From assembly GCF_001194135.2 (NCBI RefSeq), contig NC_068984.1:28149978-28213977 (forward strand): a stretch of 64,000 nt of DNA. The letters run 5' to 3'. This DNA comes from Octopus bimaculoides (Eukaryota). This document shows positions 25,792 through 38,225 of this stretch, piece after piece. The notes below the pieces were generated by a model. That model ran no database searches. It was not told the DNA's origin and saw only the letters and a program-made list of their open reading frames with translations. Each line of letters starts with the position of its first letter. Position 1 is the first letter of the stretch. A program made the position numbers and the translations under genes.

Positions 25792-26466
25792 CATCATCAT
25801 CATCATCGTTTAACATCAGTTTTCCATGCTAGCATTGGTTGGACGGTACAACCGGGGTCTGGGAAGCCAGGAGGCTGCACCAGGCTCCAGTTTGATCTGG
25901 CAGTGTTTCTACAGCTGGATGCCCTTCCTAACGCCAACCATTCCTTGAGTGTAGCGGGTGCTTTTTACATGCCACCCTCACAGGGGCCAGAGAAGATTGG
26001 CAACAGATACGATCGGTTGGTGCTTTTTACATGCCACCGGCACGGAAGCCAGTCTAGGTGGTGCTGGCATCAGACACGTTCAGATGGTGCTTTTTATGTG
26101 CCTCTGGTACGGGTATCACAACTACAATTTCCATTTGATTTTTATTTTTGACATTGATGTACTTGACTCAATAGGTCTCCTGAAGCACAGCAGGTTGCCC
26201 TACAATCCAAGGTACTTTTGAATGGGCTGGAGCTGGTTATGTGAACTGGTGTAGGATACAGCCATGAACTCACTTTATTTGCTGGGTCTTCACAGTCACA
26301 GCATATCTCCAGAGGTCTTGGTCTTTCGTCATTGCCTCTGTGAGGCCCAACGTTTGAAGGTCATGCTTCACTACCTCATCCCATGTCTTCCTGGGTCTAC
26401 CTCTACCCCGGATTCCTTCAACTGTTTGGGAGTGGCACTTCTTCACACATCTCTCCCTATCTGAAA
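25792..26466 (-). mobile_element. RTE LINE 3' end: ORF C-terminus, 3' UTR with three hairpin units, (GAT)n tail
   Basis: CVKKCHSQTVEGIRGRGRPRKTWDEVVKHDLQTLGLTEAMTKDQDLWRYAV*, followed by the UTR and a CAT-repeat run at 25792-25806. The 5' part is lost in an N gap. Confidence 0.9.
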
Positions 26467-28699
26467 NNNNNNNNNNNNNNNNNNNNNNNNNNNNNNNNNN
26501 NNNNNNNNNNNNNNNNNNNNNNNNNNNNNNNNNNNNNNNNNNNNNNNNNNNNNNNNNNNNNNNNNNNNNNNNNNNNNNNNNNNNNNNNNNNNNNNNNNNN
26601 NNNNNNNNNNNNNNNNNNNNNNNNNNNNNNNNNNNNNNNNNNNNNNNNNNNNNNNNNNNNNNNNNNNNNNNNNNNNNNNNNNNNNNNNNNNNNNNNNNNN
26701 NNNNNNNNNNNNNNNNNNNNNNNNNNNNNNNNNNNNNNNNNNNNNNNNNNNNNNNNNNNNNNNNNNNNNNNNNNNNGTGTGTGTGTGTGTGTGTGTGTGT
26801 GAGTAAATGGATCACTCAGTTTCAACAATGAAAGATCAGCTGAATTTTCAAAGTATTTCCCAGATACGTCTAGCTCAACATAGTTCTGTGACAATACCAG
26901 AATCAATGTTACATAGCATGACACAATGTGATACAGTGTGATACAGTATGACATCGTTTGTAACAATACTGGCCCTTTAAATTACATATACATTTCAAGC
27001 AGCTGGCACCTCTACTTCAGTTTCTCTCAACTACATTTCACTCAAAAATCATGGTTAAATTTGAGGCTATGATTAAAAATCACTTCCATATGATGCCATA
27101 CGTTGAGGTTGAACTGGAGAGCTCATGATTACAAAATAAGCTTCTTAACTATACAGTCATAATGCATATAATGCAAAAGTAAGATATGAACAAATGTTCC
27201 ATACACACAAATAATACAAAAAAGACATGGAAAAAAAGTTGAATCTTATATAAATAGAATCTGATTGTTCTTTCTAACATTTCATTTTACTTCACTTCCC
27301 TTCCCCGCATTGCTATCTTCCTGATCAACAATATCTTTATTTTCTGTAAAAGCTAAATTATATATAATTGTTAAGCATATATATACATGCACTCATGTAT
27401 TCTTTTACCTCAAAATAGAAATAACATGCCCCCAAGGAGAATAAAAGAAGTGTAACATGTATTCATTCTTTCTCTTGCTTATTTAATTGAAGTAATGTAA
27501 TTTTTTTTTTCTTTTATTTCAATTTTCTATCAAGTCATCTATAAGAAGCAAAATATTTTAACCTTTGTTTTTCTTGTTTGAAAAATCTGTTGCATTTATT
27601 ATTTAGTATTATCATCATGCTTAAGTTGAAAGAGAGAAAAAATGAGAACAGAATATCAAAAATAATTTAAAATGGTGCTCAAACTGAAAATAAGCTTAAT
27701 AGAGTACATTCTGGTGTACATCACTCAGAGTAATTACATCTAATCTGAATTAGTTTATTGAGCTACTACTTATTACTTTAACATTTCATATTCCAGCATA
27801 GACCCTATGCTGCCACCCAAGGTCAAGATACTGGTCTATTTCACTTTGTAGTAATTAGGTGCTTTGAATATGAACAGATTACTGTGGGAAGATGTATAAT
27901 TTGAGAGAAATTTGTAAGCATACAATGCTTAGTTCAAGCCCACATGGGATCCAGAAGAAAGCAAATAAGAATCACTTCATTAAATACCTTCTGACAAGTA
28001 TCCTTAATTGTCTCAGTTTTTTTTTATCGGTTGCCATGGAATCTTATTAATCTGAATGTGCGTATTGGTATTCAAAAGTTCATTTGCTTTGTGAAGGATT
28101 AATGATATTACAGGCTTTAAACATAATAGAATCTGAATTTTTAATTCAAAGAATAGGAATTTGTTTAATAGCATCAAATAAATTTGAAGAATAGGCCATG
28201 ACTTGATTATGGATTTTCAAGTTCCTTTCTCCTATCTGATACAGTATCTAAGTTTCACTGATGTTAGACTTAGATATATTTGTATCAGGTTGATATAAAA
28301 GGTTTTCAAGAATATGAACAAGTGTCTGTATTTTTCATATCTCATGGCAAAATTTTCACTTGTTATAAATATTTGGATCATTAGGAATTTACACTTCTGT
28401 GTAATCAGAATAGGAAAGTAAATAATTTGACTGTTTCAATTTCAACTGCATACATTGATGGCATTGCTGTATGGATTAAGAATGAACACAATGAGAGGTA
28501 AATCATATTCCAATTAACCTCTTTGTCACAAGTACACTGGTACATGAAGTAGCACTTACACCAGCAAATGTAGTATCACTTCAATATAGCAAGAGGTCAT
28601 GAGTTTGGCTTATGAGAGCAGTACAACTGTGCTGATAACACACAGATGAAGGAAAGCAAGGGGATATAAGGAATTTCTCTATTAGATGAGAAAGAATTT

Positions 28700-29330
28700 C
28701 CTTGAGGCATGATTCCTACTAAAATCTAGTCAGGTTTCAGGGTTTTGGGCATTTGTTCCCTAGACAGAAACAACATCACCAATGGTGATTTTCTCCATTT
28801 TTTTTGTGTGATGAGATTTTTCTGCAACAGAAGACCAAATAAACCAATCCCACAGTATTTGCCTCTCTGACCCACAAGTGCTGCAATATCAACTCGACTA
28901 GAACCACCTGGCTTAGGTCACTTGACATCAGAGGATATATGTCCTTTCAACAAAGCTAACCCAATCGAAAGAAAGTAGAGGAAAAAATCTGAGAGAAAAG
29001 GAGTTCTCACTGACATTCCTGAACCATTTGAAATTGCACAAAAGGCCAAGAATAAAAAGGAGACATTATCCAGGGAGTAAATGAAACTAAGCAAATTATG
29101 CTTGAAGAGTTCATTGAGATTATTGATAATGAGGTCTGTAGTGAAGAGGTTTGTATTTCCCTGGACATCATATCTGGTAGTTAGGAAACATCTGATGGTG
29201 AACAACCCACAAACAAACAGGAATGTGGTGACCCTTAAAATGCAAGTGTTTGGGGCTATGTTCTTGGCATTTTGCAGGGAAGAAAAAAGCAGAACATTAT
29301 ATTGGACACATTAATAAAATGAACAGAGAT
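28700..29330 (+). mobile_element. Decayed pogo/Tigger-like transposase, C-terminal part
   Basis: MIPTKI*SGFRVLGICSLDRNNITNGDFL (cf. TP.NI.SGF..TGI.P.NR..F.D.DF) and TSEDICPFNKANPIERK*RKKSERKGVLTDIPE (cf. SPEDIRP.PKA..R....K..S.ILTDTPE). Confidence 0.6.
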
Positions 29331-30756
29331 AACATGACTATCAAAATCTTGGAATGAGTCCCAGAGAAAAATTTTTGCACACTCCAAATTCACAAAGCTG
29401 ATTATCACTCACATGAACATGAGGACATTGTATACATTTTACCTGCTCTGTACAACAGAACAAAACATCAGCAGCAGCAATTTGTGTTTCTTGTTAAACT
29501 TCTCAGCCTACAAGCCAGAATAAATATAAGGACATGTTGTGGAACAATAAACCTTATTTATAGTTGACAAACCAAAGTAATGATCATGCCTAGTTGAAGT
29601 TGGCTAATAAAATACATCACTGAAACTAAAAACTGAAATGATGCCAACATGTTTCTTGAATTATTCTCTAATTATTGCTGTGTTCCAATTAGCCTCATGG
29701 CATGAGTTCTCTCACTCCATTGTGAAGCTACTGTAATGGTTACACTTGGGTCACAAAAATGACTTTTTTCAGAAATTTCTCAAAGCATCTTCCGAATGTG
29801 CTGACTGATTTTGTTGCACTCATTTATATTTATGAAAAATGATAATGCATTAGTTTTATCAATATAACTATGGACTGAAAACAGCCATTTTGGTGGGTGG
29901 GTAGGCGGTGGGAATATGTTCACACTAATTCCAGTTTCCTCTTACTATTCTATAACAAATGAAACATATATCATAGGTTTTAAGCTTTCCATTGTACTGC
30001 ATGTATATCATAAATCATAGAAATATAAATATTTTGTTTCGTAAATTCAGAAACACATTTCATAGATTTGTTTACTGATTGTTACTTTAGATGCATGGAT
30101 ATGTATACTGTTGCAGTTATTGTCATATCTTGAGGCCAATTGTTAGGATTGAATTAACACTTTGTAGCCAGGATAACTTCAAGTAGTTTTCTGTTAAGAA
30201 AGAATATGCCAACTTCTCTCTTCTCTGAAGAAAGAGTTTATCCAATTTTATGTGAAACTTCCTTCCAAAATGACACACTGATTTCAATAATTTCACCGTT
30301 ATACCAATAAATACAATTCTTGATAATTTAGACCACAGCCAGTTTCATTAGATTTTTGCCTTTTTTTGGATTTGATATCAAGTCTAACTTGTTCTCTTTC
30401 AGCTGAGACTAAAAAAGTTAAAATGGAAAATTCTAATGAGCTATCAACCTAATTGTTTCTTAAACATTCTCTTATATATTTTTGTCTGATAAAAATAAAC
30501 ACGGGTGGAGAAGGTGTCAAAGTATAGTCTGAAGATATGCAACAGATTTGAAGATTTGAAGAGTGTAATGTAAAGACTATGCCAAAAGTACTAAAGAATC
30601 AAATGATTGCACACCAAGCATAATGTTGAAGCTATTCAGTTGACATCAATAGTGTTTATCTACTTTATTCTTTCGTTGGTTTTAGACATTAAGTGGCAGT
30701 TATTGTAGAGCACTACTTTTATCAGTTTTAGGTGAATCATATTGACCCTAGTACTT

Positions 30757-31056
30757 GTTGTTGTTTGTTCCTTCTCGAGCCATGCCTGGCTCATAAGGGC
30801 CAGTTTTCCCAGTTTCATTGGTTTCCCACCTGGATAGGATGCCAGTCTGTCACAGGTGAGCTGCTAGATGCAGGGGGAAAGAGTAAGAGAAAGTTGTGGT
30901 GAAGGAGTCAGCAGAAGTCCGCCATTACCTTCTGCTGGAGTCGCATGGAGCTGAGGTGTTTCGCTCATAAATATACACATCATCCAGCCTGAGATTTGAA
31001 CCCAAGATCCCTCAACCATGAGTCCACTGCTCTAATCATTAGGCCATGTGCCTCCA
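30757..31056 (-). mobile_element. tRNA-derived SINE (family D) with a 9-bp TSD, inserted into an older SINE remnant
   Basis: Head GGAGGCACATGGCCTAATGATTAGAGC..GGGTTCAAATCTC; (AAC)n-like tail; TSD CTAGTACTT at 30748-30756 and 31057-31065. Confidence 0.8.
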
Positions 31057-31124
31057 CTAGTACTTATTTACTTGGTATTTATTACAGTGATCTATATGTA
31101 TTGAATGTTTAAATTACCTCATCA

Positions 31125-31325
31125 TTGGTTTCAAATTGTGGAATAAGGCCAACAGATTTGAGGGAAGGGCAAAATCGATTACATCAACTCCAATGTTCAA
31201 CTGGAACGTATTTGATCGACCCTGAAAGGATGAAAAAGTAAAGCTAACCTTAGGGGAATTTGAACTCAGAGCCTAAAGTCAGATGAAACGCCACTAAGCT
31301 TCTTGCCTGACATGCCAGATTGCTG
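31125..31325 (-). mobile_element. Diverged SINE family A copy (type B tail)
   Basis: Contains the reverse complement of TCTGAGTTCAAATTCC..TTTCATCCTTTCAGGGTCGATC..GCCTTATTCCACAATTTGAAACC. Confidence 0.65.
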
Positions 31326-31437
31326 CCATATTTCAGGTAAATATTAATATATTTTAATACAGATGTTAGTTGCACTTAGTACTAACAACAAATTAGGTGA
31401 ATTTCTTATTGCTTCTATCAATTTTAAAGAAACATTT

Positions 31438-31626
31438 TTTTATACAGCTACTGTGTTTTATAGCTACTGTTTTATATAGGTATTATTTTATATAGCAACT
31501 ATGTTATACACCTACTGTGTTCTATAGTTACGGTTTTGCACGGCTACTTTTACATAGTGATTGTTTTATACAGCTTATGTCTGTTGTAGCTACTGTTTTA
31601 TAAAGCTACCCTTTTACATAGCTATT
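31438..31626. repeat. Degenerate minisatellite, unit about 17 bp (TATACAGCTACTGTTTT-like)
   Basis: Repeated variants such as tatacagctactgtg, tatagctactgttt, gtagctactgtttt and taaagctacccttt. Confidence 0.7.
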
Positions 31627-32179
31627 CAACTTGAGCAGACTCCATATTTTACATTATTTGATTAAAGGCATTAAGATTAATGCGATCATTTAAGACCACA
31701 ATAAGACTCTTATTGCAAGTTTTAATCGTATTAATTTTGTCATATAGCAAGTAGTCCAGCTATTTTAATCTTCTACTGTTCAGTAAAATTCTACACTGTT
31801 TTTCAGAATTACACTATTAGTTATAAACAGATAGGAACCACCAGACATCGTGTAAATTATGAATGAAAGCTTAACCACCATTTGTAAGTGAGTAAATTCT
31901 AATAGCTTACTTCCAAGCTATCGTAATTGTTTTAGTTATCTATGTAATCATAAACAGATATAGACACCCTCTCAGCCCACGTATCATTTATCCAGTGTAA
32001 CACAGAGAATGTGAGATCTGAAGAGAGAAAGTGTGGTGCTTAGTTATAGCTTCGTAGATTAGAGAAACAGGAAATGAAGTGTGTTGCATGGCACTCAGCT
32101 CAGCAAACACACTGACCAACTGTCCATGTACCCTTATATGTGGATTACAAACAACTATAAATGGAAAAAAAATATATGC

Positions 32180-32400
32180 TCGTATGTATGTCTTCTGTCT
32201 TTTACTTGTTCCAGACTGTGGCCATGCTGCAGCAGCATCTTTAAAGATTTAGTTGAACAAATTGGCCCCAGTACTTATTTTTATCTCTGGTAGTTATTCT
32301 TGAGTTCTCTTTAAGCTGAAATACCAAGTTACCAGGATTTAAACAAATCAACACCTGATATAAAGTGGTGGTTGAGAAAACAAAGAGAATCACAAAGACA
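32180..32400 (-). mobile_element. SINE family B 3' fragment, diverged
   Basis: TTTTACTTGTT..GACTGTGGCCATGCTG..TTTAGTTGAACAAATTGGCCCCAGTACTTATT. Confidence 0.6.
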
Positions 32401-32410
32401 CTCATGTATA

Positions 32411-32462
<52 letters not shown>

Positions 32463-32519
32463 GATCATTGGCGATGTTTTTCCTCCATCTTCCTTTTCTC
32501 TTGGACTTCCCTCTGTCTC

Positions 32520-32556
32520 CTGTTTCTGACGAAGAGCCTTGCTCGAAACGTTAAAT
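32520..32556 (+). ncRNA. Hammerhead-like core in a probable Penelope terminal repeat (about 32461-32640)
   Basis: CTGACGA-A-GAGC CTT GCTC-GAAA-CGTT: intact core boxes and a perfect 4-bp stem II. The cleavage triplet would be GUU and stem I is short (UUU/AAA). Confidence 0.5.
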
Positions 32557-32680
32557 TACCTTTCTTTCCTTCCCTGAGCGTCTGCTAATACTTTGCATGT
32601 ACCATGTACTCGCGTTGTTGTTATTTTTTCTTGTGCTTTTTCTTCCGTTTTTTTTTCTTAATTATATATATATATATAAA

Positions 32681-32859
32681 TATATTTGAAAGAATGAGTA
32701 GAGATGGCTTTTTTCGAGGGGATAATTTTTATCAGTTTGAAAACAGCTACTTGAAGCTCGAAGCTCATATCAGAGTAACTCACTGTAAACATAATTAGTA
32801 AGATTAAAATAAAATTTATCCCCTCAAAAAAGCGATCTCTACTCATTCCTTCAAATATA
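32681..32859. mobile_element. MITE with about 45-bp TIRs, set in (TA)n
   Basis: TATATTTGAAAGAATGAGTAGAGATGGCTTTTTTCGAGGGGATAA versus TTATCCCCTCAAAAAAGCGATCTCTACTCATTCCTTCAAATATA. Confidence 0.8.
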
Positions 32860-33994
32860 TATAATATATATAATATATGTACATGTATGTATGTATGTAT
32901 GTATGTGTGTAATAAAGGGTAAAATTATACAAATATTCTATAATTATAAACATAATTATAATCAGGGGTCAGCTAATTACTTCACCACACATCGAATTTA
33001 GATATAGGAATTAAAATGCCTTTTCTACTACCATAAAGATGTCCCAGACAGTAACATAGGCAAAAAGAAAACCTAACAAATCCACAAGACTAGAATATTT
33101 GTATGTATGTATGTATAAGTGTATATATTTATATATATACGTGTGTGTGTGTGTGTATTTATGTATATGATTGTATGTATATGTGTATCTAGAAGAAATG
33201 ATAAGCACAAGTTTATATTATTTGTTCCTACGTATGTATACGTTTGCTTGGAACACTTTTTTGGATGTTCCAAGTGCAATTGGATTCTTAGCCACGACAG
33301 AGCTTTAAAGAATATTTAATTGCATTATGTTACAGAGAATTAAAGTCTAGAGTTGGGTAGTTAGCGCGGCATTTTATAAGAAGTATTTTGAGAGGAAAGT
33401 ATAAAGAAAGCAATTGGAAAAGACCAATAAAGAATGACGAAGAAGCAATGGGAACAGAAAAGAAGACGAAAAGACTAAATAGGGAATAAAGAAAGAGGAA
33501 ACAGAGAAAGAAAACGGAAGAAAGAGGTAAAAGATAAGATTGTAATTAAAGAAAGCAAGAAACGGAAAACTAAGTTGAACAACCATAAAAGAGATAAACA
33601 ACGAATATTTAAACAACATAAAGAAAGTAAGTAAAAATATATGAATACAAACGAGAGATAAAGTAAAAGGAAGAGAGAAAGATAAGAAAACATTGTGAAA
33701 TAGGGAGCATACGAGAGAGGGAGACAAAAGAGATTATAAACAAGAGGAGTGCTCTGAAATTGAGAGTTGGTTAATAATATATATTGATTGAAAGTAAAAG
33801 AGGTTGGGAAACGAACATAAGCAAAAATATGTGCAGAAATAAATGTAGGTCATGATCTTGCACAGAATAGGTGTCCAATGGTCATTTTCTATATTTCAAA
33901 AGGACTAAAGGACGAAACACACAAAACGCTTTTAAGTACAGAAGTATGGATTCATAGATCAGACATATTACCATAATCAGGTGTGCATATATAT

Positions 33995-34025
<31 letters not shown>

Positions 34026-34105
34026 ATACACACATACACACACAACACACACACACACACACACACACATACAACTGTCTCTCACTCTCTCTCTCTCTTT
34101 TCACT

Positions 34106-34166
<61 letters not shown>

Positions 34167-34195
34167 AAACTTTACATACACATATATATATATTC

Positions 34196-34300
34196 TCTTT
34201 TTATTCTTGTTTTCTTTTTATTTCTTTCAGTCATTTGACTGTGGCCATTGCTGGAGCACCACCTTTAGTCAAACAAATTGCCCCCAGGACTTATCCTCTT
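34196..34300 (-). mobile_element. SINE family B 3' fragment
   Basis: TTTCAGTCATTTGACTGTGGCCATTGCTGGAGCACCACCTTTAGTCAAACAAATTGCCCCCAGGACTTAT. Confidence 0.75.
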
Positions 34301-34699
34301 AAGATCCATAAATATTATAAATGATATCTAATAATATCCTATGAATGTGAGAATGTAGTCATGAACAAACCTGTGTTATGCAGAAACGTATGTAGCAATG
34401 CCTTGATAAAATATAAAACTTTCCATCCAATAATTTTTCATTATTATATTTATCCTCTGTCATAGTGAGTGCCACATACATAACCATACCAAGAATTACT
34501 CTGGAAGATGGGAATAATAAGCAGTAGCCAGCAACAAGTAGCATAGGAGCTTTTATGAAAACACTTGGAGGCATTTGCCATAAATTAAAAGTTTGTGCGT
34601 GTGTGTGTGTATGTGTGTGTGTGATTGTATGTGAGTGTATGTGTGCATGTGAGTGTGTGTGTGTACATATGCATGTATGTATAAATTATTTGAGAAGCC

Positions 34700-35085
34700 C
34701 ATTGAGTATAGTGGGTGTAGTGGGTGCTTTGAGTGTAGTTGAGTGCATTGAGTGTAGTGGGTGCTTTTACGTGCCACCGGCACGAAGGCCAGTCAGGTGG
34801 TACTGGCAACGTCCACACTCAAAATTGTGTATTTTATGTGCCACCTGCACAGGAGCCAGTCCAGTGGCACTGGCAACGATCTCGCTCGAATGTCTTTACA
34901 CGTGCCACTGGCACAAGCGCCAGGAAAGCGATGCTGGGCACAGGTGCCATCACGATTTCAACAGGTCTTCGTAAGCCGAGTTTCGTGTCCAATGAAGGAG
35001 ACGACGTTGGCATCGGTGCCAGTCGTCGAATTTAGTTCGATTTCGATTTCACTTGCCTCAACAGGTCTTCGCAAGCGACTTTCAT
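34700..35085 (-). mobile_element. RTE 3' UTR fragment with three double-hairpin units
   Basis: GGTGCTTTTACGTGCCACCGGCACG..GCCAGT..ACTGGC units, plus the same TTTCACTTGCCTCAACAGGTC anchor as at 44740-44762. Confidence 0.75.
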
Positions 35086-35362
35086 ATAGGTGATACAATT
35101 TTGGGTGCATATCAATTGAAATAAGAGCTATGACGCAAACTTATATATTAATAAAACTTGTTTATTATCTTATGCACATTTCAATGCAAGATCCTGACTC
35201 ACTCTTGTCTGAGATAAGAAATTAGAGCCTGGCATCTCTTCAGGGCGAAGTTACATTAATTCATCGCAGACAACAGACAACATTATTACTTGTACTTAAA
35301 TTACATGAGTATAAAAAAGTTATAATCAGGTTGTAACGACATGAACATATTGAAACTGCTTG

Positions 35363-35409
<47 letters not shown>

Positions 35410-35411
<2 letters not shown>

Positions 35412-35828
35412 TGCAGGCATGGCTGTGTGGTAAAAAGCTTGCTCTCCAAGCACATGGTTCTGGGTTCACTCCCACTGTGTGGCACCTTGGGCAAGAGTCT
35501 TCCACTCTAGTCTTGGGCGAACCAAAGCCTTGTGAGTAGATTTGGTAGATGGTAATTGGAAGAAGCTTGTCGTGTATATATATATGTGTTTGTGTGTGTG
35601 TGTATTTGTGTTCTTGAGTGTGTTTGTGCCACTGCCATTACTTGACAATTGGTGCTAGAGTGTTTATGCCTCCATAACTTAGCGGGTCAGCAAAAGGGAC
35701 CGATAGAATAAGTACTAGGCTTACAAAGAATAAGTCCTGAGATCGATTTCTTCAACTAAAACCTTTAAAGGCAGTGCTCCACCATGGGCGTAATTAAATG
35801 ACTGAAACAAGTAAGAGAATAAAAGAAT
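35410..35828 (+). mobile_element. Full-length SINE family B with an internal (TA)/(TG) microsatellite
   Basis: tRNA-like head GGTGCAGGCATGGCTGTGTGG..GGGTTCACTCCC, CCTTGGGCAAG, GATAGAATAAGTACTAGG, ending GACTGAAACAAGTAAGAGAATAAAAGAA. Confidence 0.85.
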
Positions 35829-37004
35829 ATATATATATATATATANNNNNNNNNNNNNNNNNNNNNNNNNNNNNNNNNNNNNNNNNNNNNNNNNNNNNNN
35901 NNNNNNNNNNNNNNNNNNNNNNNNNNNNNNNNNNNNNNNNNNNNNNNNNNNNNNNNNNNNNNNNNNNNNNNNNNNNNNNNNNNNNNNNNNNNNNNNNNNN
36001 NNNNNNNNNNNNNNNNNNNNNNNNNNNNNNNNNNNNNNNNNNNNNNNNNNNNNNNNNNNNNNNNNNNNNNNNNNNNNNNNNNNNNNNNNNNNNNNNNNNN
36101 NNNNNNNNNNNNNNNNNNNNNNNNNNNNNNNNNNNNNNNNNNNNNNNNNNNNNNNNNNNNNNNNNNNNNNNNNNNNNNNNNNNNNNNNNNNNNNNNNNNN
36201 NNNNNNNNNNNNNNNNNNNNNNNNNNNNNNNNNNNNNNNNNNNNNNNNNNNNNNNNNNNNNNNNNNNNNNNNNNNNNNNNNNNNNNNNNNNNNNNNNNNN
36301 NNNNNNNNNNNNNNNNNNNNNNNNNNNNNNNNNNNNNNNNNNNNNNNNNNNNNNNNNNNNNNNNNNNNNNNNNNNNNNNNNNNNNNNNNNNNNNNNNNNN
36401 NNNNNNNNNNNNNTGATGTTGATGATGGTGATAATGATGGTGGTGGTGTCGATGATGATGTTGATGAAGATAATGATGACAATGATGATGGTGGTGGTGG
36501 TGGTGGTGGTGGTGAGGGTGGCGGTGGTGGTGGTGAGGGTGGTGGTGGTGAGGGTGGTGGTGGTGCTGGTGGTGCTGGTGATGATGATGAGAACGCTGCC
36601 ACCGATGATGATTCCTATTCCTGTTATATTCAATAAATGCATATATACCATCAGACACTTGTACGTGAATAATTTCTTTAAAAATTATTATACTGGTGAA
36701 GACAATTTTAATATGTAGATGTTCTTTTTAACAGAATGTTATTTAATATAAAAATATTGGTGAGCAGGCTATAACTGCCTATTTTAATAACATATGTTGA
36801 CAATTGATGAGAATATTTTTAATAATAGTTAGACTTAATTGAAATTCAATTGCCTAAGTGTATTAACTGAAGACAGCAGAATTAAATATGTTCAGGAAAT
36901 ATATTTTACACTGCAGTGTTGTTTATAGATATTTTCAAGTATTCAACCTTTTTTTTTTTTATGGATAAAATTTTAAAGGTTTGTTTATCTTAGTGTTAGG
37001 TAAT

Positions 37005-37215
37005 CTTGTACTTGTTTCAGTCATTTGACTGCAGCCATGCTGGGACACCTCCTTGAAGGGCTTAAGTTGAACAAATTGAGCCCAGGGCTTGTATTTCGAA
37101 GCCTAGTACTTATTCTATTGGTGTCTTTTGCTGAACCGCTAAGTTATGGGGACATAAACACACCAACATTAGTTGTCAAGCTGCAGTGCAGGACAAATAG
37201 AGACATAGAGACACA
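37005..37215 (-). mobile_element. SINE family B 3' half
   Basis: CTTGTTTCAGTCATTTGACTGCAGCCATGCTGG..GCTGAACCGCTAAGTTATGGGGACATAAACACACC. Confidence 0.8.
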
Positions 37216-37366
37216 CATTCACCAAGATATATGTATATATATATGTATGTATATATATATACGCACACATATATATACATATATAAATAGAAGTATTATT
37301 ATTTCTAAATCTCTCTAAAGGAGACTACAGCAGCAATACTGCATATTAATATTTATTGCCAAGAGG

Positions 37367-37570
37367 CGGCAAGCTGGAAGAAACATTAGCACAGCGAAAT
37401 ACTTAGTGGTATTTCGTCTGTCTTTACGTTCTGAGCTCAAATTCCACTGAGGTTGACTTTGCCTTTCATCCTTTTGGGATTGATAAATTAAGTACAAGTT
37501 GCATACTGGGGTCGATATAATTGACTGGCCCCATCCCCCAAAATTTCAGGCCTTGTGCCTAGTGCAGAAA
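37367..37570 (+). mobile_element. SINE family A with type B tail
   Basis: AGAGGCGGCAAGCTGG..TTCTGAGCTCAAATTCC..TTTGCCTTTCATCC..CAAAATTTCAGGCCTTGTGCCTAG. Confidence 0.8.
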
Positions 37571-37764
37571 AGAAAACAATATTTATCACCAAACTAACAT
37601 AGCAGTCCAGAGAAATAGGATGAATGCTACCATTCAGTAGCTCCAAGAGGCCATCGCCTCCAGCTAGCTATGTGACTCACAAATCTGTGTCCATCACAAC
37701 CATCTAACAGGGGAGATCATTAGCTTCCCCTTGCTGGTTCAACATCCACAGACTGGTTGATGGG

Positions 37765-38225
37765 CTTATTTCTTTACTGCCCACAAGGAGCTACACACAG
37801 AGGGGACAAACAAGGACAAACGGATTAAGTCAATTATATCAACCCAGTGCGTAACTGGTACTTATTTAATAAACCCTGATAGGACGAAATGCAAAGTCGA
37901 CCTCAGTGGAATTTGAACTCAGAACATACAAACAGATGAAATACTGCTAAGCATTTCACTCGGCGTGCTAACGTTTCTGCCAGCTCACCGCCTAATGATT
38001 CTGCCAGCTCAATGCTAAACATAGAGGGGACAAACAAGGACAGACAGAGGGATTAGGTCGATTACATCAACCCTAGTGCATAACTGGTACTTATTTAATC
38101 AGCCGCATAAGGATGAAAGGCAAAGCCAACCTCAGCGGTATTTGAACTCAGAATGTAGCGGCAGACGAAATACTGCTAAGCATTTCGCCCGGTGTGCTAG
38201 TGTTTCTGCCAGCTCACCGCCTTCT
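37765..38225 (-). mobile_element. Two tandem SINE family A copies (type A tail): about 37765-37993 and 38010-38225
   Basis: Each starts (minus strand) AGGCGGTGAGCTGGCAGAAAC and carries the TTGTTTGTCCCCTCT tail segment. Confidence 0.8.

Noticed and set aside
35721-36718. Pro-, His- and Thr-rich ORFs; likewise the poly-Asp ORF at 45134-45322 and the many CVCV/YIYI/THTH ORFs
   Set aside because: These are translations of microsatellites, often extended through N runs.
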